A stretch of DNA of 64,000 bases from Candidatus Pyrohabitans jungbluthii (lineage in GTDB: Archaea > Hydrothermarchaeota > Hydrothermarchaeia > Hydrothermarchaeales > BMS3B), in NCBI GenBank assembly GCA_002010065.2, contig MTMD02000002.1, positions 352,001-416,000 of the forward strand, read 5' to 3'. A program made the position numbers and the translations under genes. The notes beneath the pieces are model-generated. The model was not told where the DNA came from and did no database searches. It worked only from the letters and a program-made list of their open reading frames with translations. Positions 1 through 9,924 of this stretch are shown in pieces (the first letter of the stretch is position 1; each line of letters opens with the position of its first letter).

Positions 1-462
1 GCTGAAAAAGAAGCCCTGCCGGAGCTTTCTCCAGAGGAGCTGGACTCGAGCAAGGCTGAGGAAAGCGCTCGGCGCGTGTGGGTGCCCAATCGCAACGGCG
101 TGTTTATAAACATCGCTGCCAGCTTCGCCGAAGCTCTGGGTTGCGACACCATCGTAGTCGGCTTCGACGCCGAGGAAGCGGCGACCTTTCCCGACAACTC
201 CCGCGAGTATGTAGAGGCCGCAAATAAGGCGCTGAGCTACTCCACCCTCTCGGGGGTTAAGATATACGCCCCGCTTATAGATAAAAACAAGAGCGAAATT
301 GCAGAGCTGGGTTTGAAGATAGGCGCACCTCTCGAGTGGAGCTGGAGCTGCTACCGCGGCGAGGCTAAGCCGTGCCTGCGCTGCGAGTCGTGCCTGCGCC
401 GCGCCAGAGCGTTTGAGAGCATAGCTAAGAAAGACCCCCTTCTGGAGAGGCTGGGGCTATGA
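1..462 (+). CDS. queC: 7-cyano-7-deazaguanine synthase, 5' end outside window
   Basis: Frame open from base 1; VPNRN, FPD and C-terminal Zn motif SCY...C-x2-C-x2-C; next to queE/queD. Confidence 0.92.
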   Translation, partial: AEKEALPELSPEELDSSKAEESARRVWVPNRNGVFINIAASFAEALGCDTIVVGFDAEEAATFPDNSREYVEAANKALSYSTLSGVKIYAPLIDKNKSEIAELGLKIGAPLEWSWSCYRGEAKPCLRCESCLRRARAFESIAKKDPLLERLGL

Positions 463-1016
463 GGGTGATTTTTCCAGAGGAGAGAATAACCTATACAGGT
501 GAGGAACTCGCCTCGCTCTGGGCGTACCACCGCTTTCGGGTGCAGGAAGACAGCATTGTCGCCTTCCGCGGTGGGTGCGAGGTTAAAGCAGAGCACATGA
601 TAGATCTGGAGGATAGGCTTGGGGAGGCGGAGATTTACTCGCCTGACATGCTCCATTTCATTGTGGAGCACTTCGATTCCACGAGTCTAAAGCTGACCTA
701 TGCGAGGCAGCGCCTTCTCGCAGCGATTGCATGCGAGGCGATTGCAAAGCTGGGATATGAGGTTGTTCGCAGAGGAGATGACCTCTATTACGAAGAAAAG
801 AAGCTGAGCGTCAGCATAGCGAGTGTTTCCCCGGTCAGCGCGAAGATTCACTTCGGAATCAATGTGAAGAGCGACAAGTATATGAGTCTTGAGAGGATGG
901 GGGTGAAGAACCCCATGAAGCTCCTCCGCAGAATAGCTAAGGCGTATGCGGATGAAATTTCAGATATAGAGCGCGACCTGCGCAAGGCTAAGCCCCTGGG
1001 GGTGTACCATGGTTAG
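459..1016 (+). CDS. DUF366 family protein (biotin/lipoate-ligase-like fold)
   Basis: [39 protein letters not shown]; overlaps both neighbours. Confidence 0.8.
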   Translation: MRVIFPEERITYTGEELASLWAYHRFRVQEDSIVAFRGGCEVKAEHMIDLEDRLGEAEIYSPDMLHFIVEHFDSTSLKLTYARQRLLAAIACEAIAKLGYEVVRRGDDLYYEEKKLSVSIASVSPVSAKIHFGINVKSDKYMSLERMGVKNPMKLLRRIAKAYADEISDIERDLRKAKPLGVYHG

Positions 1017-1728
1017 TGCTCCCCTGCTGGAGGTCTTCTGCTCTGTGCAGGGCGAGGGGCCTTTTCTGGGCGCGAGGCAGGTTTTTATACGCTTCGCTGG
1101 CTGCAACCTCGCCTGCGACTACTGCGACACTCCCACAGGAGAAACACCTCACTGCAAAGTGGAGCGCGTCCCGGGCTCTGGAGAATTTACGCTCGTCGCC
1201 AATCCCGTCTCGACTGAGCTTGCCTCAGAGCTTGCCAGGAGCTACGGTAAGGTGCATTCCCTCGCTCTCACCGGCGGCGAGCCCCTGCTGTACGCGGAGT
1301 TTATAAAAGCCCTTGATGCTGGCGTGCCCCTCTATCTGGAGTCCAACATGACGTTGCCAGAGAAGGCGAGAAAGGTAAAAAACGTTATTTCCATCGTTGC
1401 GGGCGACTTTAAGGTTAGAGAGGTGCTCCACGGCGTAAGGAAGAGCTATGAGGAGCTGAAGGAGGCTACGATCGCGTGCTTCAAGGTTTTGAGGAGTTCA
1501 CGCGAGAGGTACACCTTCTGCAAGATTGTGCTCCCCTCGCGCTTTGACGCCGAGGAGGTGCTCGCCAATGTGGAATCAGTAAAGGAGTACATAAGCATGG
1601 TGGTGCTTCAGCCCGTGTGGCAGGATGCGCCTCCGCAAGAAGAGATTCTATCCCTGCAGGAGAGGCTTTTGGATGTTGTGGAGACGAGGATAATTCCCCA
1701 GACGCATAAGATTCTTGGCATGCGATGA
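1009..1728 (+). CDS. queE: 7-carboxy-7-deazaguanine synthase (radical SAM)
   Basis: EVFCSVQGEG, FIRFAGCNLACDYCDT, TGGEP, C-terminal PQTHK. Confidence 0.93.
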   Translation: MVSAPLLEVFCSVQGEGPFLGARQVFIRFAGCNLACDYCDTPTGETPHCKVERVPGSGEFTLVANPVSTELASELARSYGKVHSLALTGGEPLLYAEFIKALDAGVPLYLESNMTLPEKARKVKNVISIVAGDFKVREVLHGVRKSYEELKEATIACFKVLRSSRERYTFCKIVLPSRFDAEEVLANVESVKEYISMVVLQPVWQDAPPQEEILSLQERLLDVVETRIIPQTHKILGMR

Positions 1729-1737
1729 GGTGAGGCT

Positions 1738-2070
1738 ATGAGGTTAGGCATTGTAGAACATTTCGATGCCGCGCATTATTTACCAGAGCACAAAAGCTGT
1801 GGAATAATGCACGGTCACACGTATAAGGTTGAGGTAATCCTTGAGGGCGAGCCCAAGGATGGGATAATTATTGACTTCGCGGACGTTAAGGCAGCTCTTC
1901 GCGAGGTACTCGCTGAGTACGACCACCGCGTGCTCAACGAGCTTCTCCCTTACCCGAGTGCAGAGAACATCTGCATAAGCATTTATAAGAAGCTCAAGAC
2001 CAAGCTGAACTTCCCTCTCACTGTACGCCTGTGGGAGGGCGAAGGCAAGTGGGTGGAGATTGGAGACTGA
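1738..2070 (+). CDS. queD: 6-carboxy-5,6,7,8-tetrahydropterin synthase
   Basis: FDAAH, C..MHGHTY, DHRVLN, SAEN, LWE; SD GAGGTGA upstream. Confidence 0.92.
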   Translation: MRLGIVEHFDAAHYLPEHKSCGIMHGHTYKVEVILEGEPKDGIIIDFADVKAALREVLAEYDHRVLNELLPYPSAENICISIYKKLKTKLNFPLTVRLWEGEGKWVEIGD

Positions 2071-2797
2071 GGTGAGGACAACGCAGGCTGTGATCCTCGC
2101 CGGGGGTAAGGGGAAGAGGCTCCAGCCCTTTACCAGTGCTGTGCCAAAGGCGATACTCCCGGTAAGGGGCAAAGCCGTGATTCTCCACCAGCTCAAAGCG
2201 CTGGAGGAGGCAGGTATTGAGGAGGTGCTGGTGGTTAGGGGCGCGCAGGGAGAGAAAATAGAGCGCTTTCTAAGCTCTCAAGGAAAGAGGGTGAAGTTTA
2301 TCACGCAACCTAAGCCTCTTGGCTCCGCCCACGCTCTCAGTCTGGCGCTCCCCCATCTCCAGGGTGACTTCGTCGCCTTGGCGTGCGATTACGTCTTTCC
2401 GTCCGCGCACCTTAAAGAGCTTCTCCGCATGCACCATTCGGCGAAGGCTGCGGCTACGCTGAGCCTGAAGCGCATGGACAGGGATAAAATAAAAGAAGCC
2501 AGCACCGTTATGCTCAGGGAGGGCAGGGTGGTTAGGATAGTGGAAAAGCCCAGCGAAGAGGAGATACTCAGCGAGATTGCGGCGGCTCCGCTATATGTTT
2601 TCAGCCCGCAAGCCAAGCCCTTCATCGCCAGCGTTGAGGTCTCGCCTCGAGGAGAGTATGAGATTCCCAGCGCGATTCAGAACATGATAAACGCCGGTTT
2701 AGAGGTTCGCGGAGTGCTCACACAGGAGTGGGCACACCTCTCGCGCTGGCAGGACCTGCTCAGGCTGAACTTTCCCTATCTCGCAGACTACCTCTAA
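2060..2797 (+). CDS. Sugar-phosphate nucleotidyltransferase family protein
   Basis: VILAGGKGKRLQP, PK, Q..PLGSAHA, VEKP, SPRGEYEI. Confidence 0.85.
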   Translation: METEVRTTQAVILAGGKGKRLQPFTSAVPKAILPVRGKAVILHQLKALEEAGIEEVLVVRGAQGEKIERFLSSQGKRVKFITQPKPLGSAHALSLALPHLQGDFVALACDYVFPSAHLKELLRMHHSAKAAATLSLKRMDRDKIKEASTVMLREGRVVRIVEKPSEEEILSEIAAAPLYVFSPQAKPFIASVEVSPRGEYEIPSAIQNMINAGLEVRGVLTQEWAHLSRWQDLLRLNFPYLADYL

Positions 2798-3348
2798 TAC
2801 TCAAGCTTATCCAGCATCTCCCGCAATCGCGTGAGTCTCGCGGAGAAGCCCTCCCATTCCCCAAGCTCTATCGGCTTATCCAGCGCATCTGAGAAATTCA
2901 ACCTCAGAAAGTGGCTGTAGTGCTGGTGGTACTCCAGAGCAAGGTCGAAGTAGCGCATCTCAAGCTTCTTGGGCGGGTGGTACAGGAGCTTTATGTCTTC
3001 CTCAAGCTCAGCCGCCAGGGTTTTAATCTCAGCCAAAATGCGACCTGCCACCCTCTCCCAGGCAACCTCCTCAAAACCCCGCTTGGTTAAACCCTCCTCC
3101 AGTAGGGCCTTTTTAACCTCCACCTTTGAATCGCCCTCAAAATTAGGTCCATGCACAAAAGCCAAGCCACGAAGGGTGCTTTCCTCTGGCTCAAGTGCAA
3201 GAAGCACCTTATCTTTAGCGAGGTTCTCAAGGTTCCTGTTCAGCGTCTCGCGGTTAACCTCGCCCTTTATCCTTGAAATTACCTTTTCCGCCTCTTCTGG
3301 AGAAAAAAGAAATAGTTCGCTGGCGATGGCAAGGATGAGCTCTCTCAT
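2794..3348 (-). CDS. Hypothetical protein
   Basis: 184-aa ORF with host-like composition, 4-nt overlap with upstream gene. Confidence 0.6.
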   Translation of the reverse strand: MRELILAIASELFLFSPEEAEKVISRIKGEVNRETLNRNLENLAKDKVLLALEPEESTLRGLAFVHGPNFEGDSKVEVKKALLEEGLTKRGFEEVAWERVAGRILAEIKTLAAELEEDIKLLYHPPKKLEMRYFDLALEYHQHYSHFLRLNFSDALDKPIELGEWEGFSARLTRLREMLDKLEY

Positions 3349-3602
3349 GTCTTTATGGTCTCAAGTTCACTGGAAATGTTCCAGATTATTGTTCTTGCAT
3401 GCAGAGGCAGGTTCCTGTCGTTGCTTATCTCCTCCAAGATATAGATGGCAGAGCTTACCCTTACCCCTAAATCCTCCTTTTCGTTCATTAATGTGTTTTT
3501 CGCCTCCTCCGCGGCTCTGCGAATGTTGCGGGGAATGGATGTATCCTCAATCACCTGGTTCAGAACTTCGCAAATCTGTCTTACCTTTTCCTCGTGTTCC
3601 AT
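3345..3602 (-). CDS. UPF0147 family protein
   Basis: D.SIPRNIRRAA, LEEISND.NLP.HART.IW; SD GGAGGTGA. Confidence 0.88.
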   Translation of the reverse strand: MEHEEKVRQICEVLNQVIEDTSIPRNIRRAAEEAKNTLMNEKEDLGVRVSSAIYILEEISNDRNLPLHARTIIWNISSELETIKT

Positions 3603-3690
3603 GTAATCACCTCCAAAAAGGCGGAAAAGTAATTCGACGAGCAGGTCACTACCTTATATATTTTTTACGTTATAAAAAATTACTGGTAGT

Positions 3691-4053
3691 ATGGAAAAGG
3701 AGGCTACGATTAAGAAGATGGCTGAGCTGCTGCTGAGCAGGGCTACAATGCTCGCTTACCACTGCCCCAACTGCGGCGCGCCGCTATTCGAGAAGGAAGG
3801 TAAGGTGCTGTGCCCTACCTGCGGCGAGGTCAAGGTGATACGGGAGGGCGAAGAAGCGGAGGGGAAAGAGGAGAGCATCCCTCAGGCTAAGGCAGAGGTT
3901 GAGCCCCAGGAAGGGGATGAGATTCTCCTGGAGAAGAGGAAGGAATTGCTTCTGCGCCTGAAGGAGGAGAAGGATTTAAGGGTTATACTGGATATTCTGG
4001 ATGCGATAAAGCGGATAGATGAGATTATGAAGAGTAAAACTTCAGATAGGTAA
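3691..4053 (+). CDS. UPF0148 / autoantigen p27-like Zn-ribbon protein
   Basis: MAELLL..ATML..HCPNCG.PLF...G.V.CPTC. Confidence 0.85.
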   Translation: MEKEATIKKMAELLLSRATMLAYHCPNCGAPLFEKEGKVLCPTCGEVKVIREGEEAEGKEESIPQAKAEVEPQEGDEILLEKRKELLLRLKEEKDLRVILDILDAIKRIDEIMKSKTSDR

Positions 4054-4122
4054 TATTTAGTAAAATTTAGATTCCAGTAAAAAATAACAGAGGGGACCTG
4101 CTTTTAATAGAAAACTTCTGAA

Positions 4123-4704
4123 TTAGTTAATAAGATCACGCAATCTCTCTATTCTCCTATCTAAAGATTGATAGCTGTTATACTGAACATCCTCGAGGCT
4201 GTGAAGAGGATAGACGCGATTCTCAAGGGCGTCTCCGAATACAAGGTCGCAGAGCAGGGAAACCCTTTCATACCTTCTGCTGAGGAGATAAAAGGTATAG
4301 CCGAGGCAGCCACTTCTTCTCGGGTCATGGTCATGCCAGAAAAAGCCGCCTCCCATTAGAATTTGCTTTGGGGCAAAGCTATTAATAAAATTAAAGAACC
4401 TTCTCCAGCCGAAGAAGCCCACGGGTCTTGGGCTATCAGCAAAGGTTTCCACAAAATAAAACTCTCTCCAAGGAGCAAGTCTGCCGAAATGTTCTGCGCT
4501 TCTCTCAATCTTCCCCTTCTCCTCAAGCACAACAATAGGCCCATTAAACCGGCGCAGAAACTCCGCAAGGTTCCTGTAGTAGTCAGCGAGTAGAGGGCTC
4601 TTCTGAAGGAAGAGGGGGTGCACGAGAATTGCGATATTTTCTGCTCTGCTCGGTGGATAGCCTTTTAGTGAATATATTCCTTTATTGAGCTTAAATAGCC
4701 TCAT
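4123..4704 (-). CDS. Hypothetical protein
   Basis: 193-aa ORF directly downstream of glyS; no recognised family. Confidence 0.5.
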   Translation of the reverse strand: MRLFKLNKGIYSLKGYPPSRAENIAILVHPLFLQKSPLLADYYRNLAEFLRRFNGPIVVLEEKGKIERSAEHFGRLAPWREFYFVETFADSPRPVGFFGWRRFFNFINSFAPKQILMGGGFFWHDHDPRRSGCLGYTFYLLSRRYERVSLLCDLVFGDALENRVYPLHSLEDVQYNSYQSLDRRIERLRDLIN

Positions 4705-4714
4705 TACGCAGCAC

Positions 4715-6424
4715 CTAAGAGAGCAGCTCTGGGAAGCTCTTTTTCCCCTCTATCAAATCACATAAAATCTCCGCCACTTCGCCTCTTGGTACGCGCACCT
4801 GCTGCGCTGAGTCGCGCTCCCTTATCGTGACCGTCTCATCTTCAAGGGTGTCGAAATCTATGGTTACCGCGAAGGGCACGCCTATCTCGTCCACGCGAGC
4901 ATAGCGCCTGCCTATGGAGTCGCTGGCGTCGTAGAGCGCGAGAATGCCAGCACGTTTAACCTCATCGAATATCTCCCTCGCCACCTTTACAAGCTCCTCG
5001 CGGTTGAGCAGCGGGAACACCGCCGCCTTCACCGGCGCCAGCCTGGGGCTGAGCCTCAGCACGTTCTTGCCCTCTCGCTGGTAGTAGGCGTTTTCAAGCA
5101 CGCAGTAAAAGATGCGGTCAATCCCAAAGCTGGGCTCAATAACGTGGGGGATGAACTTCTCACCGGTTATCGTCTCCTCCACCTCTTTTACCTCAGCGTG
5201 CTCCCGCGTAATGGTCACCTTCTCTTCAGCGACGCTAATCTCAACGCTACCCTGCTCGGCGAAGCGCTCCACTTCGCTCTCGGGAAGCTCCTTCAGTGCC
5301 TCCGCAACCTTCCCCGCGAGGCGCTTAAACTCGGGCCCGAGCTTTGACATTTTCGGCTCTAGCACAAGGCGCCTGCGCTTGATTGGCTCGGGAAACTGAC
5401 GAAAGGCGCGCAGCTCAACGCCACTGTGCTTTTCGTGCGCCTTTAAGTCGTAATCTGTTCTGTCAGCTATACCCACTACCTCAATCCAGCCGAAACGTTG
5501 CGTTCGCACCTCAGCGTCCCAGCAGTCAGCGGCGTAGTGAGCCATCTCCTCGCGGAGGTGCTGCCTGAAGCGCAGCTTTTCGTAGGGTATCCCCAGCTCA
5601 AGCAAGAAGCGCTGGGTGTGCACTAGATAATAGCACAGAAACTCATGCTTCACAATGCCGCGCTCTACCGCCTCCCTCGCGGTGAGTTCCACCACATCCT
5701 CCTGTTCCTGAGGCAAGAGCCTGAGCTTCTCCTCGGCGTAGCGTGAGAAGTTGGGGTGCGTTTTGTCCTTGGGGTCTATGAATATCTCCACCTCAGCTTG
5801 GGTAAACTCACGCAGACGAATTAAGCCCTGCCTCGGCGAAATCTCGTTTCTGTAAGCTTTGCCTATCTGCGCAACGCCGAAGGGCAGCTTCTTGCGGTAG
5901 AAGGAGTAAAGCCTGGGGAAAAGAATGAACATGCCCTGCGCTGTCTCAGGGCGCAGGTAGCCCACCTTCTTCCTCCCCGGTCCAATGTAGGTCTTGAACA
6001 TAAGGTTATAGCTGTAAACCTCGCTGAGCTTGCCCCCGCAGTCTGGACATCGCAGCTTATGCTCGCGTATAAGCTTATCCAGCTCCTTGAAGCTCAGCCC
6101 GTCGGTTTTTATATCCAGGGCTGCGCTGATCAGATGGTCTGCGCGAAAAGCTGAGCCGCACTTCTCGCAGCTCACCAGAGGGTCGACGAAGTTGCTCACG
6201 TGCCCAGAGGCTATAAACACATCCTCAGGTGAAATCGTGGGAGAGGAAATTTCAAAGAAGCCCTCCTCCACGACGAAGTAGCGACGCCATATATCTTCCA
6301 AGTTCTTCTTCAGCGCCGCCCCGAGAGGCGCGTAGTCATAGAATCCACTAACCCCACCGTAGATCTCATAGCTCGGGTTTATGAAGCCCCTTCTCAGGGC
6401 TATCTCCATTACGTCGCCGCTCAT
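4715..6424 (-). CDS. glyS: Glycine--tRNA ligase (archaeal/eukaryotic type)
   Basis: LRPETAQG, YRNEISPRQGLIRLREFTQAE, VIEPSFGIDR, anticodon domain SIGRRYAR.DEIG. Confidence 0.96.
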   Translation of the reverse strand: MSGDVMEIALRRGFINPSYEIYGGVSGFYDYAPLGAALKKNLEDIWRRYFVVEEGFFEISSPTISPEDVFIASGHVSNFVDPLVSCEKCGSAFRADHLISAALDIKTDGLSFKELDKLIREHKLRCPDCGGKLSEVYSYNLMFKTYIGPGRKKVGYLRPETAQGMFILFPRLYSFYRKKLPFGVAQIGKAYRNEISPRQGLIRLREFTQAEVEIFIDPKDKTHPNFSRYAEEKLRLLPQEQEDVVELTAREAVERGIVKHEFLCYYLVHTQRFLLELGIPYEKLRFRQHLREEMAHYAADCWDAEVRTQRFGWIEVVGIADRTDYDLKAHEKHSGVELRAFRQFPEPIKRRRLVLEPKMSKLGPEFKRLAGKVAEALKELPESEVERFAEQGSVEISVAEEKVTITREHAEVKEVEETITGEKFIPHVIEPSFGIDRIFYCVLENAYYQREGKNVLRLSPRLAPVKAAVFPLLNREELVKVAREIFDEVKRAGILALYDASDSIGRRYARVDEIGVPFAVTIDFDTLEDETVTIRERDSAQQVRVPRGEVAEILCDLIEGKKSFPELLS

Positions 6425-6436
6425 GTCCCCAAAAAA

Positions 6437-7270
6437 TTAAAACATAGCCTTCAGAAGGCTTATGTCCTTGACCATGCCTATGAGGTCACCCTCCGCGTTA
6501 ATCACAGGAATCTGCTCTATGCGCTTCTTTGCCATACGCTTGGCACACTCGCTAACGCTTGTGCGCTTTGTCACCGTAACCACGTCCTTCACCATGACAT
6601 CCTTAACCCGCTTATCTGGCAGCTCTAAGCGCTTTTTGGTTATATATATAACGTTCTTTGAATCCCAGCCCCAGCGGTCGCCCTCTGTCCCGCCAGAAAG
6701 CTCTGATTTGTGGGTGCTCTCAGTTATTTCAAAAACCTTAAGCAGGTCGGTGTCGCCGATTATACCAGACATCTTGCCCTCGTTGTCAAGTACAGGCAGA
6801 GCGCGCTCCCCGCTGAGGCGCATTATCTCATACGCCACCTTAAGCGGAGTCTCTTCCCATACTGTGGTAATCTTCGACTCCATATACTTCTCCACGGGCT
6901 CTGAGATGTTCATCTTGGCAATAGCACGCCACACTATATCGCTAACAGTTACTATTCCCACGAGATGAGAGTCGGTAACCACCGGCATTCTCCTGAAATT
7001 CTTCTCCAGAAAAGCGCGAGCCACGTTTTTGATGTCCTCCTCAGGTGTGGTTGTGTGAACCTCTCGCGTCATGAGCAGCGCAAGCTGCCCCTCCTCAGGG
7101 TTCCGCGCAAAATCACTCCTGGTTACTATGCCCATTAATTCTTTAGTACCCCGCTTAACCACGGGTATGCCAGAGATGTTGTGCTTTAACAAAAGCTCCA
7201 GCGCTTCGGAGCTGTTCCCAGGTACTTCAGCATACACTACATTCTCTGTCATTATGTCCTTGACCTTCAC
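6437..7270 (-). CDS. CBS-domain protein (two CBS pairs)
   Basis: Repeated V.D.M, hPVh...GhhT..D motifs. Confidence 0.88.
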   Translation of the reverse strand: MKVKDIMTENVVYAEVPGNSSEALELLLKHNISGIPVVKRGTKELMGIVTRSDFARNPEEGQLALLMTREVHTTTPEEDIKNVARAFLEKNFRRMPVVTDSHLVGIVTVSDIVWRAIAKMNISEPVEKYMESKITTVWEETPLKVAYEIMRLSGERALPVLDNEGKMSGIIGDTDLLKVFEITESTHKSELSGGTEGDRWGWDSKNVIYITKKRLELPDKRVKDVMVKDVVTVTKRTSVSECAKRMAKKRIEQIPVINAEGDLIGMVKDISLLKAMF

Positions 7271-7288
7271 AGCAGGAGCCTCCTGAAG

Positions 7289-7717
7289 TTACTTATGGAC
7301 AACCATCACCGGGCAAGAAGAAGTTCTCACCACCTTCTCGGCAACACTACCGAGTAAAAACCTATCTAAACCTGTTCTTCCGGCGGTGCCCATAACTATT
7401 AGATCGGCATTTTTCTCCTTCGCGGTCTCTACAATCTCCTCCGCTGGTATGCCCTCTTTGATTATCGTCTCGTACTCCACTCCAAGCTCTTCCGCAAGCT
7501 TTTCCACAGTCTCAAGCGCTTTCTTTCCCTCTTCCTCGAGCAGGACGCGCATACTTTCCCACACAGCCTCGGTGGGTATACCTGCAAAGGCGGAGATATC
7601 TATAACGTACAGTCCGTAAACCTTGGCGTTGAGCGCCTTAGCGAGCTTCACCCCATGCTCCACCGCCTGTTCGGCGATTTCTGAACCATCTGTGGGTATG
7701 AGTATGTTCTTATACAA
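7289..7717 (-). CDS. Universal stress protein
   Basis: ILIPTDGS, DLIVMGTAGRTG, LLGSVAEKVVR. Confidence 0.93.
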   Translation of the reverse strand: MYKNILIPTDGSEIAEQAVEHGVKLAKALNAKVYGLYVIDISAFAGIPTEAVWESMRVLLEEEGKKALETVEKLAEELGVEYETIIKEGIPAEEIVETAKEKNADLIVMGTAGRTGLDRFLLGSVAEKVVRTSSCPVMVVHK

Positions 7718-8804
7718 TTCCGTTACCTCCCAGCAGAGCGTCGCCTTTTACTATGCCTTTAATGTCGCTTATTTCAAACCTATGTACTATTCCTAACACA
7801 GGGTCATATATATAATTATTGTTCCGAAAAATCACAAACGAGGCGGGGTTGCCCTCTTCGATGGCGTTGCTCTCCAGCTTTAACAGCTTCCTTGCGTTAA
7901 GCGTCGCCGCCTTTAGGATTTCCCTGGCGTCCAAGCCATAGTCTCTACTTAACCCGCGGGCAAGCTTAAAGGCGAACTCCATCTCGCGGAGCATGTTTAG
8001 CGAATTTGCCATTGCATTGTCTGTGCCCAGAGCTACGAGGGTACCCTCCAGCATCTCCCTTATCCTAGGCAATCCCACAGCGAAGCTTCCGTTGGCTCGA
8101 GGGCAGAGCACCACCGGCAAGCGCCTGCGCAGTACCTCTTCTATGCTCGCCTCGCTTGCGTTGGTTAAATGCACCACGAAGTCAGGATTAAGCTTCAACA
8201 CCTGCGCCACGTCGTCGCTCACCTCGGCGCAGTGCACTGCAAACAGCTTGCCCATGCGATTGGCAAGGCGGCGCAGCTTGGCGAGCTCCTCCATATTGTA
8301 ATCAGCGACGCTGCTTATGCCGATGCCGTCGCAGTGTTCCAGAAGCTTCTCGGGGGAGTCGCCATTCGGACGCCCGAGCACAACCGCCTCCACAGGCGAA
8401 GCTCTGGCGACGCTTCTCAGCAACTTTACACCTCTCGCTCCACCCTCACGAAAGTCCGCAAAGGTTAGCGTGCCCGAGGCGAGCATCTCCTTAAGCGCCG
8501 ACTTCATCCCCTGCTTAACCTTTTCCTCATCTTTGAGCAGCTCAAACTTCACCCCGCCTTTGCCCACTCGCTCGGAAATGCTTTTGTATGCCGCCACATC
8601 CTTAGCGTAGGCGTCGCCTATGTGGGTGTGCGCGTTGGTAAAGCTGGGACAGATAATCCCTCGCTTTAAGTCAACATAGCCCCTCTTACCAGGGTTGCCC
8701 TCACCCACCTCCGCGATTATCCCATCTTCCACCACAACATAGCCCCGCGTGGGCTCAAGTTCTTCTCCAGCTAAGACTACGGCGTTGCCAAAGATGCGCT
8801 TCAT
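7710..8804 (-). CDS. Amidohydrolase family metal-dependent deaminase-like protein
   Basis: NAHTH, HCAE, VH, LCPRAN, LGTDN; start placed at the second ATG (MKRIF). Confidence 0.85.
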   Translation of the reverse strand: MKRIFGNAVVLAGEELEPTRGYVVVEDGIIAEVGEGNPGKRGYVDLKRGIICPSFTNAHTHIGDAYAKDVAAYKSISERVGKGGVKFELLKDEEKVKQGMKSALKEMLASGTLTFADFREGGARGVKLLRSVARASPVEAVVLGRPNGDSPEKLLEHCDGIGISSVADYNMEELAKLRRLANRMGKLFAVHCAEVSDDVAQVLKLNPDFVVHLTNASEASIEEVLRRRLPVVLCPRANGSFAVGLPRIREMLEGTLVALGTDNAMANSLNMLREMEFAFKLARGLSRDYGLDAREILKAATLNARKLLKLESNAIEEGNPASFVIFRNNNYIYDPVLGIVHRFEISDIKGIVKGDALLGGNGIV

Positions 8805-8844
8805 TCCCCAATAATCTTTTATTAACTCACGCAAAGTTTAATTC

Positions 8845-9924
8845 ATGCTGGAGTGGGTGATGCTGAGCTTGGCGCTGATTGGCGCGTTGGCTGCGAGCTA
8901 CACCGACTTGAAGCATGGGATTATCCCGAATAAGCTCACCTTTTCCCTCTTCTTCGCTGGCATCGCTGGCAACGTCGCAATAGCCCTTATCAGCGGCGAC
9001 CACAGCTTGATATTCGACCTCGGCAAGGCGATTCTCGCAACCTTCGCCTTAGGCTATGCGCTGTGGCTTCTGGGCGGCATGGCCGCGGGCGACGTAAAGG
9101 AGTTTCTTTTCCTCGCTGCGCTATTGCCCAGGTATCCCGAGGTTCTCAGGAATTACTTCTCCCCGAGCTTGGCGTGGTACCCCTTTCCGTTGAGTGTATT
9201 TATAAACACCTTCGTGGCGATTTTCCCTTTCCTCTTCATCTATGCCTTCGCCATATCCATAAAAAAGAAGGTGAAAATGCGAGAATTTTTAGAGCCCCTG
9301 CTTAAACCCGGGCAGAAGCTGAAAAATGTCTTCTACCTTGCTGGAGCATTTTCGGTTGGCATGCTTCTGGGCAAGGGCATAGCTGCGCTTGGTTTCATAG
9401 TGCTTATTTTCCTGTTAAAGAAGGAGGTATATAGGGTTGCTGCAACCTCCGTGGCACTGCTCCTGGCGATTGCCACCGGCAGCGCTGAACCCCTTGCCAT
9501 ACTCAGGTACTACCTTTTAATAGCGGGTGTGCTCCTCCTTTTTGCCCTCTTCTGGAACAGTCTCAAAATCCTAAGGGCTTCACTTAAGGAAGAGGTTAAA
9601 ATCTCCACCCTCGAAGAGGGCGTAATACCTGCGGAAGAGATTTATATCCGCAACGGCGAAATTATTAGAGAGGAAAAAAGCATCCTTGAAAAAATAAAGG
9701 AGTATGTGAACCCCGGAACCATGAAGAGGGGCACACTTATCGTCGGAACAGCGGCAGCCGGGCTTACAGAACAGCAGATAGCTACGCTCCGCAGGCTGGT
9801 GAGCGAAGGTAAACTCGAGGACAGGATAAAAATTAAAGCGAGGATGCCTTTCGCCCCGGCGATATTCCTTGGGTTGCTCTTAGCCTTGGTATTTGGGGAT
9901 TTAAGCAAAATGGTGAGCTTATGA
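8845..9924 (+). CDS. eppA: A24 family prepilin peptidase, EppA-like
   Basis: SYTDLK..IPN, GG.AAGDVK, C-terminal PFAPAI; many TM segments; followed by pilins. Confidence 0.78.
   Translation: MLEWVMLSLALIGALAASYTDLKHGIIPNKLTFSLFFAGIAGNVAIALISGDHSLIFDLGKAILATFALGYALWLLGGMAAGDVKEFLFLAALLPRYPEVLRNYFSPSLAWYPFPLSVFINTFVAIFPFLFIYAFAISIKKKVKMREFLEPLLKPGQKLKNVFYLAGAFSVGMLLGKGIAALGFIVLIFLLKKEVYRVAATSVALLLAIATGSAEPLAILRYYLLIAGVLLLFALFWNSLKILRASLKEEVKISTLEEGVIPAEEIYIRNGEIIREEKSILEKIKEYVNPGTMKRGTLIVGTAAAGLTEQQIATLRRLVSEGKLEDRIKIKARMPFAPAIFLGLLLALVFGDLSKMVSL

Noticed and set aside
2969-3736. 255-aa plus-strand ORF and many similar long antisense ORFs (e.g. 33642-34478, 45552-46355, 17618-18301)
   Set aside because: Shadows of well-supported genes on the opposite strand, with no motifs and biased composition.
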